Source: an uncultured Bacteroidales bacterium
GTDB taxonomy: Bacteria; Bacteroidota; Bacteroidia; Bacteroidales; VadinHA17
Length of the DNA stretch: 64,000 nucleotides
Assembly (NCBI GenBank): GCA_963806555.1
Contig: CAWDYR010000029.1
Location: 25,524 to 89,523, forward strand
Direction: 5' to 3'
Part shown: positions 10,076 to 20,197 of the stretch, one piece after another
How the letters are laid out: the number at the start of each line of letters is the position of its first letter
Position numbering within the stretch: the first letter of the stretch is position 1
Translations under genes and position numbers: made by a program
The notes under the pieces: generated by a model
Database searches by the model: none
What the model was told of the DNA's origin: nothing
Seen by the model: only the letters and a program-made list of their open reading frames with translations

Positions 10076-10486
10076 TTATTGGTGGTAGGGATTCCGGTTA
10101 TTAATTGCACGTCCAAGGGTTATTTCATCAGTGTATTCGAGTTCATCCCCTATAGCTACTCCCCTGGCAAGCGTCGTTAGCATTACATTGTATTTGCTCA
10201 GCCTCTTGTAGAGATAGAAATTTGTTGTATCGCCTTCCATTGTTGTGCTCAGGGCAAAAATTATTTCACTGATGCCACCCGCCTTAACTTTTTCCTCAAG
10301 GCTGTCTATCTTCAGGTCTCCGGGACCAATCCCGTCCACCGGCGAAATAATGCCTCCAAGAACATGGTATACTCCTTTGTACTGCCTGGTATTTTCAATT
10401 GCCATAACATCCTGGATATTTTCCACCACACAGACCAGCGATCTGTCCCTCTTTTCATCACTGCATATTGATGCATATCTCTTCAT
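10076..10486 (-). CDS. recR: recombination protein RecR, C-terminal fragment (Toprim domain)
   Basis: Continues ...[16 protein letters not shown]...YHVLGG...GDTT. Removing one base near 10475 joins the two fragments. Confidence 0.85.
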   Translation of the reverse strand: MKRYASICSDEKRDRSLVCVVENIQDVMAIENTRQYKGVYHVLGGIISPVDGIGPGDLKIDSLEEKVKAGGISEIIFALSTTMEGDTTNFYLYKRLSKYNVMLTTLARGVAIGDELEYTDEITLGRAINNRNPYHQ

Positions 10487-10691
10487 CCGAAATATTATGG
10501 CAGATTTTGCAGTAATGGATATCCCGGTGCAGCCTTATGATGCTTTCACCAAACCTCTGAACATCGTCACTCTTGCGTTTCAGAAGGCTCATTACAAGCC
10601 TGAAGGCAGTCTTTCTGCCAATTCCCGGAAGTGAAGCAAATTCATTCACTGCATTTTCAAGCAGTCTTGACGGATATTCTGAAAAACTCAT
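10458..10691 (-). CDS. recR: recombination protein RecR, N-terminal fragment (frame break near 10475 inside the zinc finger)
   Basis: HhH motif LPGIGRKTA and the first half of the C4 zinc finger ([13 protein letters not shown]). Confidence 0.85.
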   Translation of the reverse strand: MSFSEYPSRLLENAVNEFASLPGIGRKTAFRLVMSLLKRKSDDVQRFGESIIRLHRDIHYCKICHNISDEEICINMQ

Positions 10692-10800
10692 TTCTAATGC
10701 TTTCAGGCAAAATTAATTCAATATTGCAGTTAAAACTAAACCTCCTGCCGATTTTTTAGCCTGCCAACTTTTTCTTATCCTTGCAGATTATTTTCAAATT

Positions 10801-11817
10801 ATGACACCCTTACTGATCCTGGGAATTTTCCTGATATATACAGCCGTCCTGTTTACAGTTACCTGGATAACATCCCGCAAAGCCGACAACCAGTCGTTTT
10901 ACATAGGTAACAGGGTCTCACCATGGTTTGTTGTGGCTTACGGGATGATCGGAGCTTCTCTCTCAGGTGTGACATTTATGTCGGTTCCCGGCTGGGTAAA
11001 GGATACACAGTTCAGCTATATGGTGGTTGCAATGGGTTATCTTGTAGGATATCTTGTTATTGCTCTTGTACTGCTCCCGTTATATTACAGACTGAGGCTC
11101 ACTTCGATTTACACTTATCTTGACCAGCGGTTTGGCTTCTGGTCGTATAAAACCGGCGCCGGATTCTTCATAATTTCAAGGGTACTGGGAGCATCTCTGC
11201 GCATGTTCCTTGTCATAAACGTTTTGCAGGTATTTGTCTTTGACGCCTGGAATGTTCCATTTTGGGTTAATGTGATGATCTTTATAATTCTGATCATTCT
11301 TTATACACTAAAGGGCGGAATAAAAACAATTATCTGGACCGACACTCTTCAGACCACCTTCATGCTTCTGGCTCTTGTACTTTCAGTGATCTTTATCAGC
11401 AGGGAACTGGGTGTGCCCCTGTTTAAACTTGCAGGACAGGTTACCGACAGTGCAGTGTCGAGGATGTTCATTACCGACTGGCACTCATGCGAGATTCTTT
11501 TTAAAGCAGTTCTTCAGCGGGATGTTTATAACTATTGTGATGACAGGGCTCGATCAGGAGATGATGCAGAAGAATCTGAGCTGCCGGAATATAAGAGATG
11601 CCCAGAAAAACATGTTCACCTTCAGCGGAATCAACTTCTTTGTTGTCCTTTTGTTCCTGTTCCTTGGCGCATTTCTGTTAATCTTTTCCGGGAGCAAAGG
11701 GATCAATGTAGCTTTCACCGACGACCTGTTTCCTACAGTTGCTTTGAATTATCTCGGTCCTGTTGCAGGGGTGGTTTTCCTGATAGGACTTATCTCGGCA
11801 GCGTTTCCAAGCGCTGA
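10801..11817 (+). CDS. sodium:solute symporter (SSF) family transporter, N-terminal fragment; genuine sequence runs only to ~11490
   Basis: Multi-TM SSF-like sequence. After ~11490 the frame yields Cys/Arg-rich nonsense. Confidence 0.8.
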   Translation: MTPLLILGIFLIYTAVLFTVTWITSRKADNQSFYIGNRVSPWFVVAYGMIGASLSGVTFMSVPGWVKDTQFSYMVVAMGYLVGYLVIALVLLPLYYRLRLTSIYTYLDQRFGFWSYKTGAGFFIISRVLGASLRMFLVINVLQVFVFDAWNVPFWVNVMIFIILIILYTLKGGIKTIIWTDTLQTTFMLLALVLSVIFISRELGVPLFKLAGQVTDSAVSRMFITDWHSCEILFKAVLQRDVYNYCDDRARSGDDAEESELPEYKRCPEKHVHLQRNQLLCCPFVPVPWRISVNLFREQRDQCSFHRRPVSYSCFELSRSCCRGGFPDRTYLGSVSKR

Positions 11818-12256
11818 TGGAGCTCTGACATCTCTGACGACATCAGTTTCACTTGATTTCCTGGGCCTTGATAAAAGAAAAGAACTTACAGAGACAGGCA
11901 GGAGAAAAATCCGTTATGGTGTTCATATAACAATAGCCTTAATATTCTTTATTTGTATTCTGATCTTCAAGGCAATGAACGACAGGGCTGTAATTGATAA
12001 GCTTTTTACGATTGCAGGATATACATATGGGCCGTTGCTGGGACTATATTCTTTCGGACTCTTTACAAACCGGAAGGTTAAGGATAAGGTAACTCCGGCA
12101 ATTGCAATTATCTCACCGGTGATATGCTATATAATCGGAATAAATTCCCAGGTTTGGTTCAATGGATATAAGTTCGGGTTTGAGATGCTGCTTGTAAATG
12201 GGTTTCTGACTTTCATGGGGTTGCTGGCCTTCAGCAAACCATCCCGGGGCTGTTGA
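11411..12256 (+). CDS. sodium:solute symporter family transporter, C-terminal fragment
   Basis: SSF motif ...MTGLDQEMMQKNLSCRNIRDAQKNM... followed by further TM helices. In frame with the N-terminal part after a shift at ~11490. Confidence 0.8.
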   Translation: MCPCLNLQDRLPTVQCRGCSLPTGTHARFFLKQFFSGMFITIVMTGLDQEMMQKNLSCRNIRDAQKNMFTFSGINFFVVLLFLFLGAFLLIFSGSKGINVAFTDDLFPTVALNYLGPVAGVVFLIGLISAAFPSADGALTSLTTSVSLDFLGLDKRKELTETGRRKIRYGVHITIALIFFICILIFKAMNDRAVIDKLFTIAGYTYGPLLGLYSFGLFTNRKVKDKVTPAIAIISPVICYIIGINSQVWFNGYKFGFEMLLVNGFLTFMGLLAFSKPSRGC

Positions 12257-12300
12257 AGAAGTCAAAAAGGACTTTTTCAACAGCCACCAAAGTCCGAAAT

Positions 12301-13035
12301 CTATGGCTGTTGCTGAATATTCAATTCTTCTTCGGTTTCTTCAGGTTCCTCAACAGGTTCAGGCAAGGTAATTACCCTGATCTTTTTGTACCGGAAATTC
12401 CACGTAATGAAATAATTGAATCCGGCATTTACTGTTTTGCCTCCATTCCCGAAACCCGGGAAGTATATGGGACGCAAATCTTTCCCCCCGCCGCCTGAGA
12501 TGAGTACTCTTAACCTGATCGTCCATCCGATGCTGACGTTTTTGAAAAGTTCTGCCTTAACCCCGGGAGCTACCTCCAGAAAATGACCAAGGCTTGTTTT
12601 CTTTGGAATCGATGAGGTCACTTTGCCCCAATAGTTCTCGTGCTGAAATGATGAAGTTTCAGGATTGAAAAAACTGAGTCCGTAGCTGAGCCCAAGGCCT
12701 GCCTGGTATCTTCCTGCAGAGACCATTGGCTTAAGCAGGTTGAAATCAACGCCTGTCCTGATAAAAATACCGGTGCACCTGTAATCATAGTTGTACTGGG
12801 AGAATCTGTAGTCAAGGTAGCCTGCTCCCAGGACCAGTGCCATTTTTTCATTCCTGTCGTAAGAGATAAAGCCTTCAAGGCTCAGATTGTTCTTATCACT
12901 GAAATAAATGCCTGGTCCGGAAATATCAAAACCAACCCTTATCTTAAGGGGAAATTCGATTGTATCCTGAGCAAAAATATCACCTGCCAGGAAGAATATC
13001 AGGAGGCTAATAGAATATCCGCAAGTTCTCCACAT
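12301..13035 (-). CDS. hypothetical outer-membrane beta-barrel-like protein with acidic C-terminal tail
   Basis: Signal peptide (…LIFFLAGDIFAQ) and alternating aromatic/Gly beta-strand pattern. Overlaps the upstream lipoprotein gene, which suggests an operon. Confidence 0.5.
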   Translation of the reverse strand: MWRTCGYSISLLIFFLAGDIFAQDTIEFPLKIRVGFDISGPGIYFSDKNNLSLEGFISYDRNEKMALVLGAGYLDYRFSQYNYDYRCTGIFIRTGVDFNLLKPMVSAGRYQAGLGLSYGLSFFNPETSSFQHENYWGKVTSSIPKKTSLGHFLEVAPGVKAELFKNVSIGWTIRLRVLISGGGGKDLRPIYFPGFGNGGKTVNAGFNYFITWNFRYKKIRVITLPEPVEEPEETEEELNIQQQP

Positions 13036-13474
13036 TATCAGTTGTTATGTTTTTCAGTCCCACGTAAATGTAGTCAATGTTATTTGTGGTATAAACCGGA
13101 GTATCAATATTGTGGAAGAAGGTATAACCACACTCCTTCGATATAAAATGGGGGTAGCTTGAGTATGTGAAAGTTATCGTATCATCAATACCATTGATTC
13201 TCACAATGAAGGTACAGCTGCCGGTTGAAATGTCCAGCGGAAAAAGGACTGGCTGTATCCCCCGGGCTTTATTATAAATTTTAACAGAATCCCTGTTCAG
13301 ACCATAAACAGTCAGGCTGTCTGCTGCCTTTTGTTTTTTTGTAGTGTTATCGTAAAGCGATGCTTTTACAAATGAATTTGTTTCTTCAAAACAAGCCTGA
13401 GGTGTGCAGGAAAAGATAAGAACCGAAGCTCCGGTGATTATTAATGAAAGCACTGCAGAAATTAGTTTCTTCAT
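13007..13474 (-). CDS. hypothetical lipoprotein
   Basis: Lipobox ...VLIFSC in a 155-aa ORF. No family was recognised. Confidence 0.5.
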   Translation of the reverse strand: MKKLISAVLSLIITGASVLIFSCTPQACFEETNSFVKASLYDNTTKKQKAADSLTVYGLNRDSVKIYNKARGIQPVLFPLDISTGSCTFIVRINGIDDTITFTYSSYPHFISKECGYTFFHNIDTPVYTTNNIDYIYVGLKNITTDNVENLRIFY

Positions 13475-13590
13475 TTTGAATTGAAAGTCTCAAAAATACA
13501 AAATTTAAAATGACTGTAGGAGATTTGATTTAAACAAAGGGCATAAAAGGAAAATATGCAGTTGGCAGCTGGCAAAGGAAAAAGGTCGTT

Positions 13591-13800
13591 CGCGAGATCC
13601 GCGCGATCTGCGGGAAAACAAAAAATTTCCCGTTGATTTCGCAGATCCTTAGACCGAAGACCGAAGTCGGAAGACCGAAGACCGAAGACCGAAGTCGGAA
13701 GACCGAAGACAAATTAAAATAAAAAGAATTAAAAAGAGTCTTAAAAACCTTATAGAAGAGGCACCCCTCTTTGCAAAGCAGAGAGGGGACGGGGGTGAGT
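13591..13800. repeat. cluster of REP-like intergenic modules (GATCTGCG palindrome; GACCGAA heptamer array 13652-13710; CCCCTCT..AGAGGGG hairpin)
   Basis: GATCTGC/GCAGATC and CGGGAAA/TTTCCCG inverted repeats. Eight and a half tandem heptamers (GACCGAA with two GTCGGAA variants). Hairpin at 13764-13788 followed by GGGGGTGAG. Confidence 0.7.
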
Positions 13801-13823
13801 ACGTGAGCAGTTAAAAATCCCCG

Positions 13824-16121
13824 CTAAAAGACCAGGGTCTTCAGATACTCTTCAGCTTTTTTGATTGCCGCCGGAATTCCCTCAGTTTTTTTGCCGCCTG
13901 CAGTTGCAAGAAAAGGTTGACCGCCACCGCCACCGCTTATCTCTCCGGCTATCTCTTTTATTATGGCGGCAGCGTTTATTTTTTTCTCCTTCACAAGCCT
14001 GTCGCTTACCATCACCAGAATATTTGCCTTTTCATTTATAACAGAGCCAATAACCAGCACGGAATTATCAGATGTATTACGGATCTGAAAGGCTATAGTC
14101 TTCATGACATCGGCTGAACCTGCTTCAATGTTTCCCGAAAGGAATTGAATACCGTTTATCAGGACTGATTTGGAAACCAGATCCCTGGCAATAGCCATTG
14201 CCGACTGATTCTCATGTTTCTCAAGGCTCTTTTTGAGGGCCAAGTTCTCTGACACCAGTTTATCAACACTATCCCTGACACTGCCTGTGCTTTTGAGGAC
14301 CGAAGCAACCTCTTCAAGCGAATCGATTTTCTCATTGATATACTCCTCGGCTTTTTCGGCAGTGACTGCTTCCAGCCTTCTTACTCCGGCTGCAATGGCG
14401 CCTTCTGATATTATTTTAACAATACCTATGGTACCAGTATTGGGTACATGTGTTCCTCCGCACAGCTCAACTGACATCCCAAACTGAACAACCCTTACAG
14501 TTTCGCCATATTTTTCACCAAAAAGAGCCATAGCACCCATTTCCTGTGCATCTTTCAATGTAACTCCCTCAGTGATCTTTATGTTATTGCTTTCTCTGAC
14601 CATCCTGTTTGCAATCTGCTCCACCCTGCGTAGTTCTTCCCTTGTCAATTTGCTGAAATGGCTGAAATCGAACCTGAGCCTGTCAGGTGTTACCAGCGAT
14701 CCCTTTTGTTCGACGTGTTTTCCGAGAACCGATCTTAATGCATAATGGATGAGATGTGTTGCAGTATGATTATTTGCTGTCATCCTCCGTTTTTCACCAT
14801 CAACTGCAGCATGAAAGACAGCCATTGGATCGGAAATTTTACCCTGGCTTATATGGATTATAAGGTTGTTTTCTTTAATGGTGTCTTCGATGGTAATTCT
14901 TTCCTTCCCGGCGGTCAGAGAACCTGTATCGCCAACCTGGCCACCTGATTCAGCGTAGAACGGTGTCCGGTTGAATACCAGCTGGAGCTTTTCTTTTCCC
15001 TTGAATTTTATTTTACGATACCTGGTAATCAGCACATCATCCTCCGTTCTGTCATAACCGGTAAATTCAGTTCCTTCTATGTCTCTTACCACCGTCCAGT
15101 CGCCCGCCTCCATCGATGCATCTTCCCTCGACCTCTCTTTCTGGCTTTTCATCTCCTTTTCGAATCCGGAGATGTCAACAACGATATCATGTTCCTTAAG
15201 TATCAGTTGTGTAAGGTCGACAGGGAATCCAAAGGTATCGTAAAGCTCGAAGGCCGCCTGACCAGGGAGGATATTCTTCTTTTCCTTAACCAGGTCTTCA
15301 ATAATCCTGTCAATCATTTTCAATCCTTTTCCAAGGGTCTTAAGAAAAGCGGCTTCTTCCTCCTGTATTATTCTTGAAATTTGTTCCTGACCTGCTTTCA
15401 GCTCAGGGTAGGTGGATCCCATTGTTTCAACAAGCACCGGGACCAGTTTATAGATAAAAGGCTCATCTGTACCCAGGTAGTTATAGCCATATCTCACAGC
15501 GCGGCGAAGGATTCTTCTGATAACGTAACCTGCTTTGTTGTTCGACGGAAGCTGACCGTCAGCAATTGAAAATGCCACCGCTCTCAGATGATCCGCCACA
15601 ACCCGTAAGGCGATATCCGTATTTTCGTCAAAGCCGTATTTTTTTCCGGTTATCGCTGATATTCCTCCGATTACCGATTGAAAAATATCGGTGTCATAGT
15701 TTGATTTCTTACCCTGCACAACCATACAAAGCCGTTCAAATCCCATCCCGGTATCAACATGCTTTGACGGTAGCGGTTCGAGCCGTCCGTCGGCCCGCCT
15801 GTTATACTGGATAAACACAAGGTTCCAGATCTCAATTACCTGAGGATGTCCTTTATTGACAAGCTCTTGTCCCGGTATCTTTTCCCGTTCACTGTCTTCC
15901 CTTATGTCGACATGGATTTCGGAACACGGTCCACATGGCCCGGTTTCGCCCATCTCCCAGAAATTATCTTTTTTGGAGCCGTCAAGAATTCTTCCTTCCG
16001 GATCCTTAAAACAGTTTTTCCAGCAATTATATGCTTCATCGTCACGCGGCACATTATCTTCCCGGCTTCCTTCAAAAATCGTGGTATAAAGCCTGTCTTC
16101 AGGAATTCCAAGTTTTTTCAC
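13824..16121 (-). CDS. alaS: alanine--tRNA ligase, main body (frame-disrupted gene; true span ~13824..16461)
   Basis: AlaRS catalytic, tRNA-binding, editing (HTATHL...) and C-terminal DHHA1 regions. The N-terminal ~110 aa are scattered over three other frame segments. Confidence 0.95.
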   Translation of the reverse strand: MKKLGIPEDRLYTTIFEGSREDNVPRDDEAYNCWKNCFKDPEGRILDGSKKDNFWEMGETGPCGPCSEIHVDIREDSEREKIPGQELVNKGHPQVIEIWNLVFIQYNRRADGRLEPLPSKHVDTGMGFERLCMVVQGKKSNYDTDIFQSVIGGISAITGKKYGFDENTDIALRVVADHLRAVAFSIADGQLPSNNKAGYVIRRILRRAVRYGYNYLGTDEPFIYKLVPVLVETMGSTYPELKAGQEQISRIIQEEEAAFLKTLGKGLKMIDRIIEDLVKEKKNILPGQAAFELYDTFGFPVDLTQLILKEHDIVVDISGFEKEMKSQKERSREDASMEAGDWTVVRDIEGTEFTGYDRTEDDVLITRYRKIKFKGKEKLQLVFNRTPFYAESGGQVGDTGSLTAGKERITIEDTIKENNLIIHISQGKISDPMAVFHAAVDGEKRRMTANNHTATHLIHYALRSVLGKHVEQKGSLVTPDRLRFDFSHFSKLTREELRRVEQIANRMVRESNNIKITEGVTLKDAQEMGAMALFGEKYGETVRVVQFGMSVELCGGTHVPNTGTIGIVKIISEGAIAAGVRRLEAVTAEKAEEYINEKIDSLEEVASVLKSTGSVRDSVDKLVSENLALKKSLEKHENQSAMAIARDLVSKSVLINGIQFLSGNIEAGSADVMKTIAFQIRNTSDNSVLVIGSVINEKANILVMVSDRLVKEKKINAAAIIKEIAGEISGGGGGQPFLATAGGKKTEGIPAAIKKAEEYLKTLVF

Positions 16122-16190
16122 AAGAAATTCCCATGCCCATTCGATAGCTTCTTTTTAAAATAATCACCGAATGACCAGTTACCAAGCATT

Positions 16191-16442
<252 letters not shown>

Positions 16443-16504
16443 TCAGCTCAAATCCTTTCATTATTAAAGACATATCAAAAAACAATAATTGACAGAAATA
16501 TGAG

Positions 16505-16536
16505 TTTGTAAAAGTAATTTATTTGATTTAGATTTG
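16505..16536 (+). promoter_or_regulatory. Bacteroidetes-type promoter upstream of the first M23 peptidase gene
   Basis: TTTG at 16505-16508 and TAGATTTG at 16529-16536 with 20-nt spacing, 38 nt before the ATG. Confidence 0.4.
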
Positions 16537-16573
16537 TTGACAACTCTGAAAAAATCCAAAACTGAAACCCTTA

Positions 16574-17536
16574 ATGCCTGGCCGTAAATATTTTCTTGAT
16601 TTATCCGATTTACAGTTCAAACAGGTAAGACTGCCCTGGAAAAGTAAGCTTATACGCATTTCGTTATGGCTTGTTGCTTCGGTTGCTGTTACCCTGCTTT
16701 ACGGAGTTATTTTTGACAACGCATTTGGTTCACCTAAGGAACAGTTCCTGAATCAGGAGATTGAAAACCTTAAGCTCAGGTACTCATTGATTGGCAGGGA
16801 GATCGACCAGTCCTTAAAAGTGATGGATAATCTTGAGATGTCAGATGAAAACCGGTACAGACCTGTCCTTGATATGGACACTATTCCTGAATCATTCAGG
16901 AATATGGGATCAGGTGGTGTGGAGAGGTTTGAAGAGCTTGAAGGTTATGATAATTCGGAGATAATGATCTCTTTCCGCAAGAAACTGGCAGATCTTAGAA
17001 ACAGGACAACAATTCAGTATGAGTCATTCAAGTCTATTGAAGAAACCAAAGATGAATGGAAACGGGAGATGGAATACCTCCCGATGATAAGCCCTGTCAA
17101 TGTTATTTACCGGCTTGGTGATGGCATGAAGTTCAGGGACAAGCATCCTGTGCTGGGTACACCACAATGGCATCACGGACAGGATATCAGCACACCCTAC
17201 GGCACGGAGGTCTATGCAACCGGATCGGGTAAAGTTATTGAAGCCGGTTGGAAGGGAGGCTTCGGAAACTGCATCGTTATTGACCATGGCTATGGATACA
17301 GGTCAACATATGGTCATCTCAGCAGTATCAGGGTTTCTGTCGGTCTGAATATAAAACGCGGTGACAAGATAGGCCTGACAGGAAGTACAGGGACATCTTC
17401 CGGACCACATCTGCATTATCAGATCGATCTGTTCGGACAACATAAGAATCCTCTCTATTACTTCAACAATGACCTCACTGAGGATGAATATTTTGAAATG
17501 ATTCAGACACTCACCTCCCAGACTAAATTCAGATAG
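16574..17536 (+). CDS. M23-family metallopeptidase (membrane-anchored, coiled-coil N-terminus)
   Basis: N-terminal TM helix. M23 motifs HHGQDI...TGSTGTSSGPHLHYQI. Confidence 0.85.
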   Translation: MPGRKYFLDLSDLQFKQVRLPWKSKLIRISLWLVASVAVTLLYGVIFDNAFGSPKEQFLNQEIENLKLRYSLIGREIDQSLKVMDNLEMSDENRYRPVLDMDTIPESFRNMGSGGVERFEELEGYDNSEIMISFRKKLADLRNRTTIQYESFKSIEETKDEWKREMEYLPMISPVNVIYRLGDGMKFRDKHPVLGTPQWHHGQDISTPYGTEVYATGSGKVIEAGWKGGFGNCIVIDHGYGYRSTYGHLSSIRVSVGLNIKRGDKIGLTGSTGTSSGPHLHYQIDLFGQHKNPLYYFNNDLTEDEYFEMIQTLTSQTKFR

Positions 17537-17626
17537 GATTTCCATACCGGGTTCTCACCAATATTTAATCTCCTCTTTGTTCAACGTTTTTCATTTATGC
17601 GTTGAATTATTTATATTTGCTGCATA

Positions 17627-18598
17627 ATGGCAAAAACAAAATACAAGTTCAATCCCGAATCGCTGAGCTTTGACAGAATACGTCTCGGAGTCAGGGCGCT
17701 GCTGCTCCGGATGATTGCCTATCTTATAGGTTCGGTGATAATTGCTGTTATGTACAGTTTTATCTTCGCTTTATTTATTGACTCTCCGAGGGAAAAAGCG
17801 CTGAAGCGTGAAATAGCGCAGCTTTCGATTCAGTATGAACTGATGAACAGGGAAATGGGAAACCTTGAAAAAGTTATCGGACATCTTCAGGAAACGGATG
17901 ATAACCTTTACAGGACAATATTCGGCGCTGAGCCAATCCCGTCAACACTGCGCCAGGGAGGAGTCGGAGGTGTCAACAGGTACAACGAGCTGGAGGGATT
18001 TAATAATTCAAGGATCGTTATCGAAACCACCAAAAGGCTTGATGCGATCAGAAAAAAGATATATGTCCAGTCGAAATCATTCGATGACCTGATAATGCTG
18101 GCAAAGGAGAAAGAGACCATGCTGAGGTCAATTCCTGCGATACTGCCAATCTCAACAAAAGATCTGACAAGGATTGCGTCGGGGTTCGGACTCAGGATAC
18201 ATCCTGTTTATAAGATTTCAAAATTTCACCAGGGGATGGATTTCACAGCACCCCTGGGCACTGAAATCTATGCGTCAGGCGACGGGACAATATCGGAGGT
18301 CTCCTCAAACAGAAGGGGAATGGGCAACTTTATTGTGATCAACCATGGTTTTGGCTATTCATCCACGTATGCCCATCTCGACAGTTTTGCCGTGAGAAAT
18401 GGCCAGAAAGTGCACAGGGGCGATGTTATTGGCTTTGTTGGCAATACAGGAATGTCGGTCGCACCGCATCTTCACTATGAGGTAAAACTTAACAACACGA
18501 ATGTGGATCCCGTAAATTACTTTTTCAATGATCTGACAGCCGCAGAATATGAAAGTATGATCGATATAGCTTCAAAGACAGGCCAGTCATTCGATTAG
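17627..18598 (+). CDS. M23-family metallopeptidase, tandem paralog
   Basis: Same architecture as 16574..17536. Motifs HQGMDF...GNTGMSVAPHLHYEV. Confidence 0.85.
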   Translation: MAKTKYKFNPESLSFDRIRLGVRALLLRMIAYLIGSVIIAVMYSFIFALFIDSPREKALKREIAQLSIQYELMNREMGNLEKVIGHLQETDDNLYRTIFGAEPIPSTLRQGGVGGVNRYNELEGFNNSRIVIETTKRLDAIRKKIYVQSKSFDDLIMLAKEKETMLRSIPAILPISTKDLTRIASGFGLRIHPVYKISKFHQGMDFTAPLGTEIYASGDGTISEVSSNRRGMGNFIVINHGFGYSSTYAHLDSFAVRNGQKVHRGDVIGFVGNTGMSVAPHLHYEVKLNNTNVDPVNYFFNDLTAAEYESMIDIASKTGQSFD

Positions 18599-18648
18599 AA
18601 CCTGCACACAGATACGCTGACAAATAAAAACCCATTACCCAAGTTAAA

Positions 18649-18984
18649 ATGCCCTATAAGGAAAAAACCATTGAAAAGCTCTATTATTCCATAGGTGAAG
18701 TGTCGAGGATGCTTGATGTTCCTGTTTCGACAGTCAGATTCTGGGAGAATGAATTTGACATACTGAAGCCAATGAAAAATAAAAAGGGCAACAGGATGTT
18801 TACCTCCACTGATATTAAAAACCTGCTTATTATTCACCGCCTTGTAAAGGAGGAGGGAATGACTCTGTCGGGTGTTAAACGGAAACTCAACGGACACTGG
18901 GATGAAGCGGACAGGATGTTTGAGATCAACGGGTCGCTTCAAAAAATAAAAAGCATACTCCTTGAATTACGCGATAGTATTTAA
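18649..18984 (+). CDS. MerR-family transcriptional regulator (short)
   Basis: MerR HTH YSIGEVSRMLDVPVSTVRFWENEF. Confidence 0.8.
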   Translation: MPYKEKTIEKLYYSIGEVSRMLDVPVSTVRFWENEFDILKPMKNKKGNRMFTSTDIKNLLIIHRLVKEEGMTLSGVKRKLNGHWDEADRMFEINGSLQKIKSILLELRDSI

Positions 18985-19102
18985 ACCAACAGAGTCTGTA
19001 TCAAAGGTGCCCCGTTCGTTTTTCACTTCTTTAGGGGGCAGGGGGTAAAAAAGCGGGAGGGATTCCGGGACTGCACAGAGTAGCAACTGAGTTATTTTAC
19101 GA

Positions 19103-20197
19103 ATGAAATTACAGGATCTTTGTTCTTATCTCGATTCTGCCGTTCCGCTCTCTTTTCAGGAAGGATACGACAATTCCGGGCTTCAGGTTGGCCAGCCGGA
19201 TGAAACAATAAGCTCTGCACTCTTAACTCTCGATGTAACCGAAGAAGTCATTGACGAAGCCATAAATGAAGGATGCAATGTTATAATCTCCCATCATCCG
19301 GTCATTTTCGGCGGAATAAAGATGATTACAGGAAGAACAGTTACGGAGAGAATACTTCTTAAGGCAATCAAAAATAACATTTCAATCTATTCGTCCCACA
19401 CAAACCTGGATGCAGTATTTGACGGAGTTAGCTTTAAAATGGCACAAAAAGTTGGTTTGCAGAATGTTAAAGTACTTTCGCCGCTGAAAAACAAATTGCT
19501 TAAACTGGTAACATTTATTCCCGATGATCATCTTGCCCGTGTAAGTGAAGCGATATTCAACGCCGGCGCCGGGGTGATCGGTAACTATGACAGGTGCGGC
19601 TTTTCGGTTTCCGGGACCGGAAGTTTCAGGGCAGGGGAGGGGACAATTCCCTACGTTGGTGAAAGAGGAAAGACCCATTCGGAAAAAGAGGTCAGGTTCG
19701 AAACAATCCTTTTCTCCCATCTGAAACAAGCAGTGATAAAAGCTCTGCTGGAAGCCCATCCCTACGAGGAGGTCGCCTATGATCTCTATGCTGTTGAGAA
19801 CGATAATGTAAATGCGGGATCAGGATGCACAGGTGAATTGAAGGTGCCTCTTAGCGAGACGGAATTCCTTGACATGTTGTCTGTCGTTTTTGGTGCCGCA
19901 GGGATCCGGTATTCAAAAACAAGAGGAAAAATGATTAAAAAAGTTGCCATGTGCGGAGGGGCGGGAGCATTCCTCCTTAATGATGCCATCGCAGCGAATG
20001 CCGATGCATTCGTCACTGGCGATATTAAATACCACACTTTCCTTGAGGTTGATGACAGGATCCTTCTGGTGGATTGCGGTCATTATGAGACAGAAAAATA
20101 CTCGGTTGAAATTTTACACGACCTAATTATCAAAAAATTCCCTAAATTTGCAGTCCGGTTTTCAAAAACAAATACCAATCCGATAAATTATAGATAA
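19103..20197 (+). CDS. Nif3-like dinuclear metal centre protein
   Basis: Length and motifs of the NIF3 family (...VIISHHPVIF...SSHTNLD...GHYETE...). Confidence 0.85.
   Translation: MKLQDLCSYLDSAVPLSFQEGYDNSGLQVGQPDETISSALLTLDVTEEVIDEAINEGCNVIISHHPVIFGGIKMITGRTVTERILLKAIKNNISIYSSHTNLDAVFDGVSFKMAQKVGLQNVKVLSPLKNKLLKLVTFIPDDHLARVSEAIFNAGAGVIGNYDRCGFSVSGTGSFRAGEGTIPYVGERGKTHSEKEVRFETILFSHLKQAVIKALLEAHPYEEVAYDLYAVENDNVNAGSGCTGELKVPLSETEFLDMLSVVFGAAGIRYSKTRGKMIKKVAMCGGAGAFLLNDAIAANADAFVTGDIKYHTFLEVDDRILLVDCGHYETEKYSVEILHDLIIKKFPKFAVRFSKTNTNPINYR

Noticed and set aside
13530-13712. 60-aa ORF (…SVFRLRSSVFGLPTSVFGLR…) in the alaS-downstream intergenic region.
   Set aside because: It is a translation of the GACCGAA heptamer array and REP palindromes. 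It is periodic low-complexity peptide with no coding signal.
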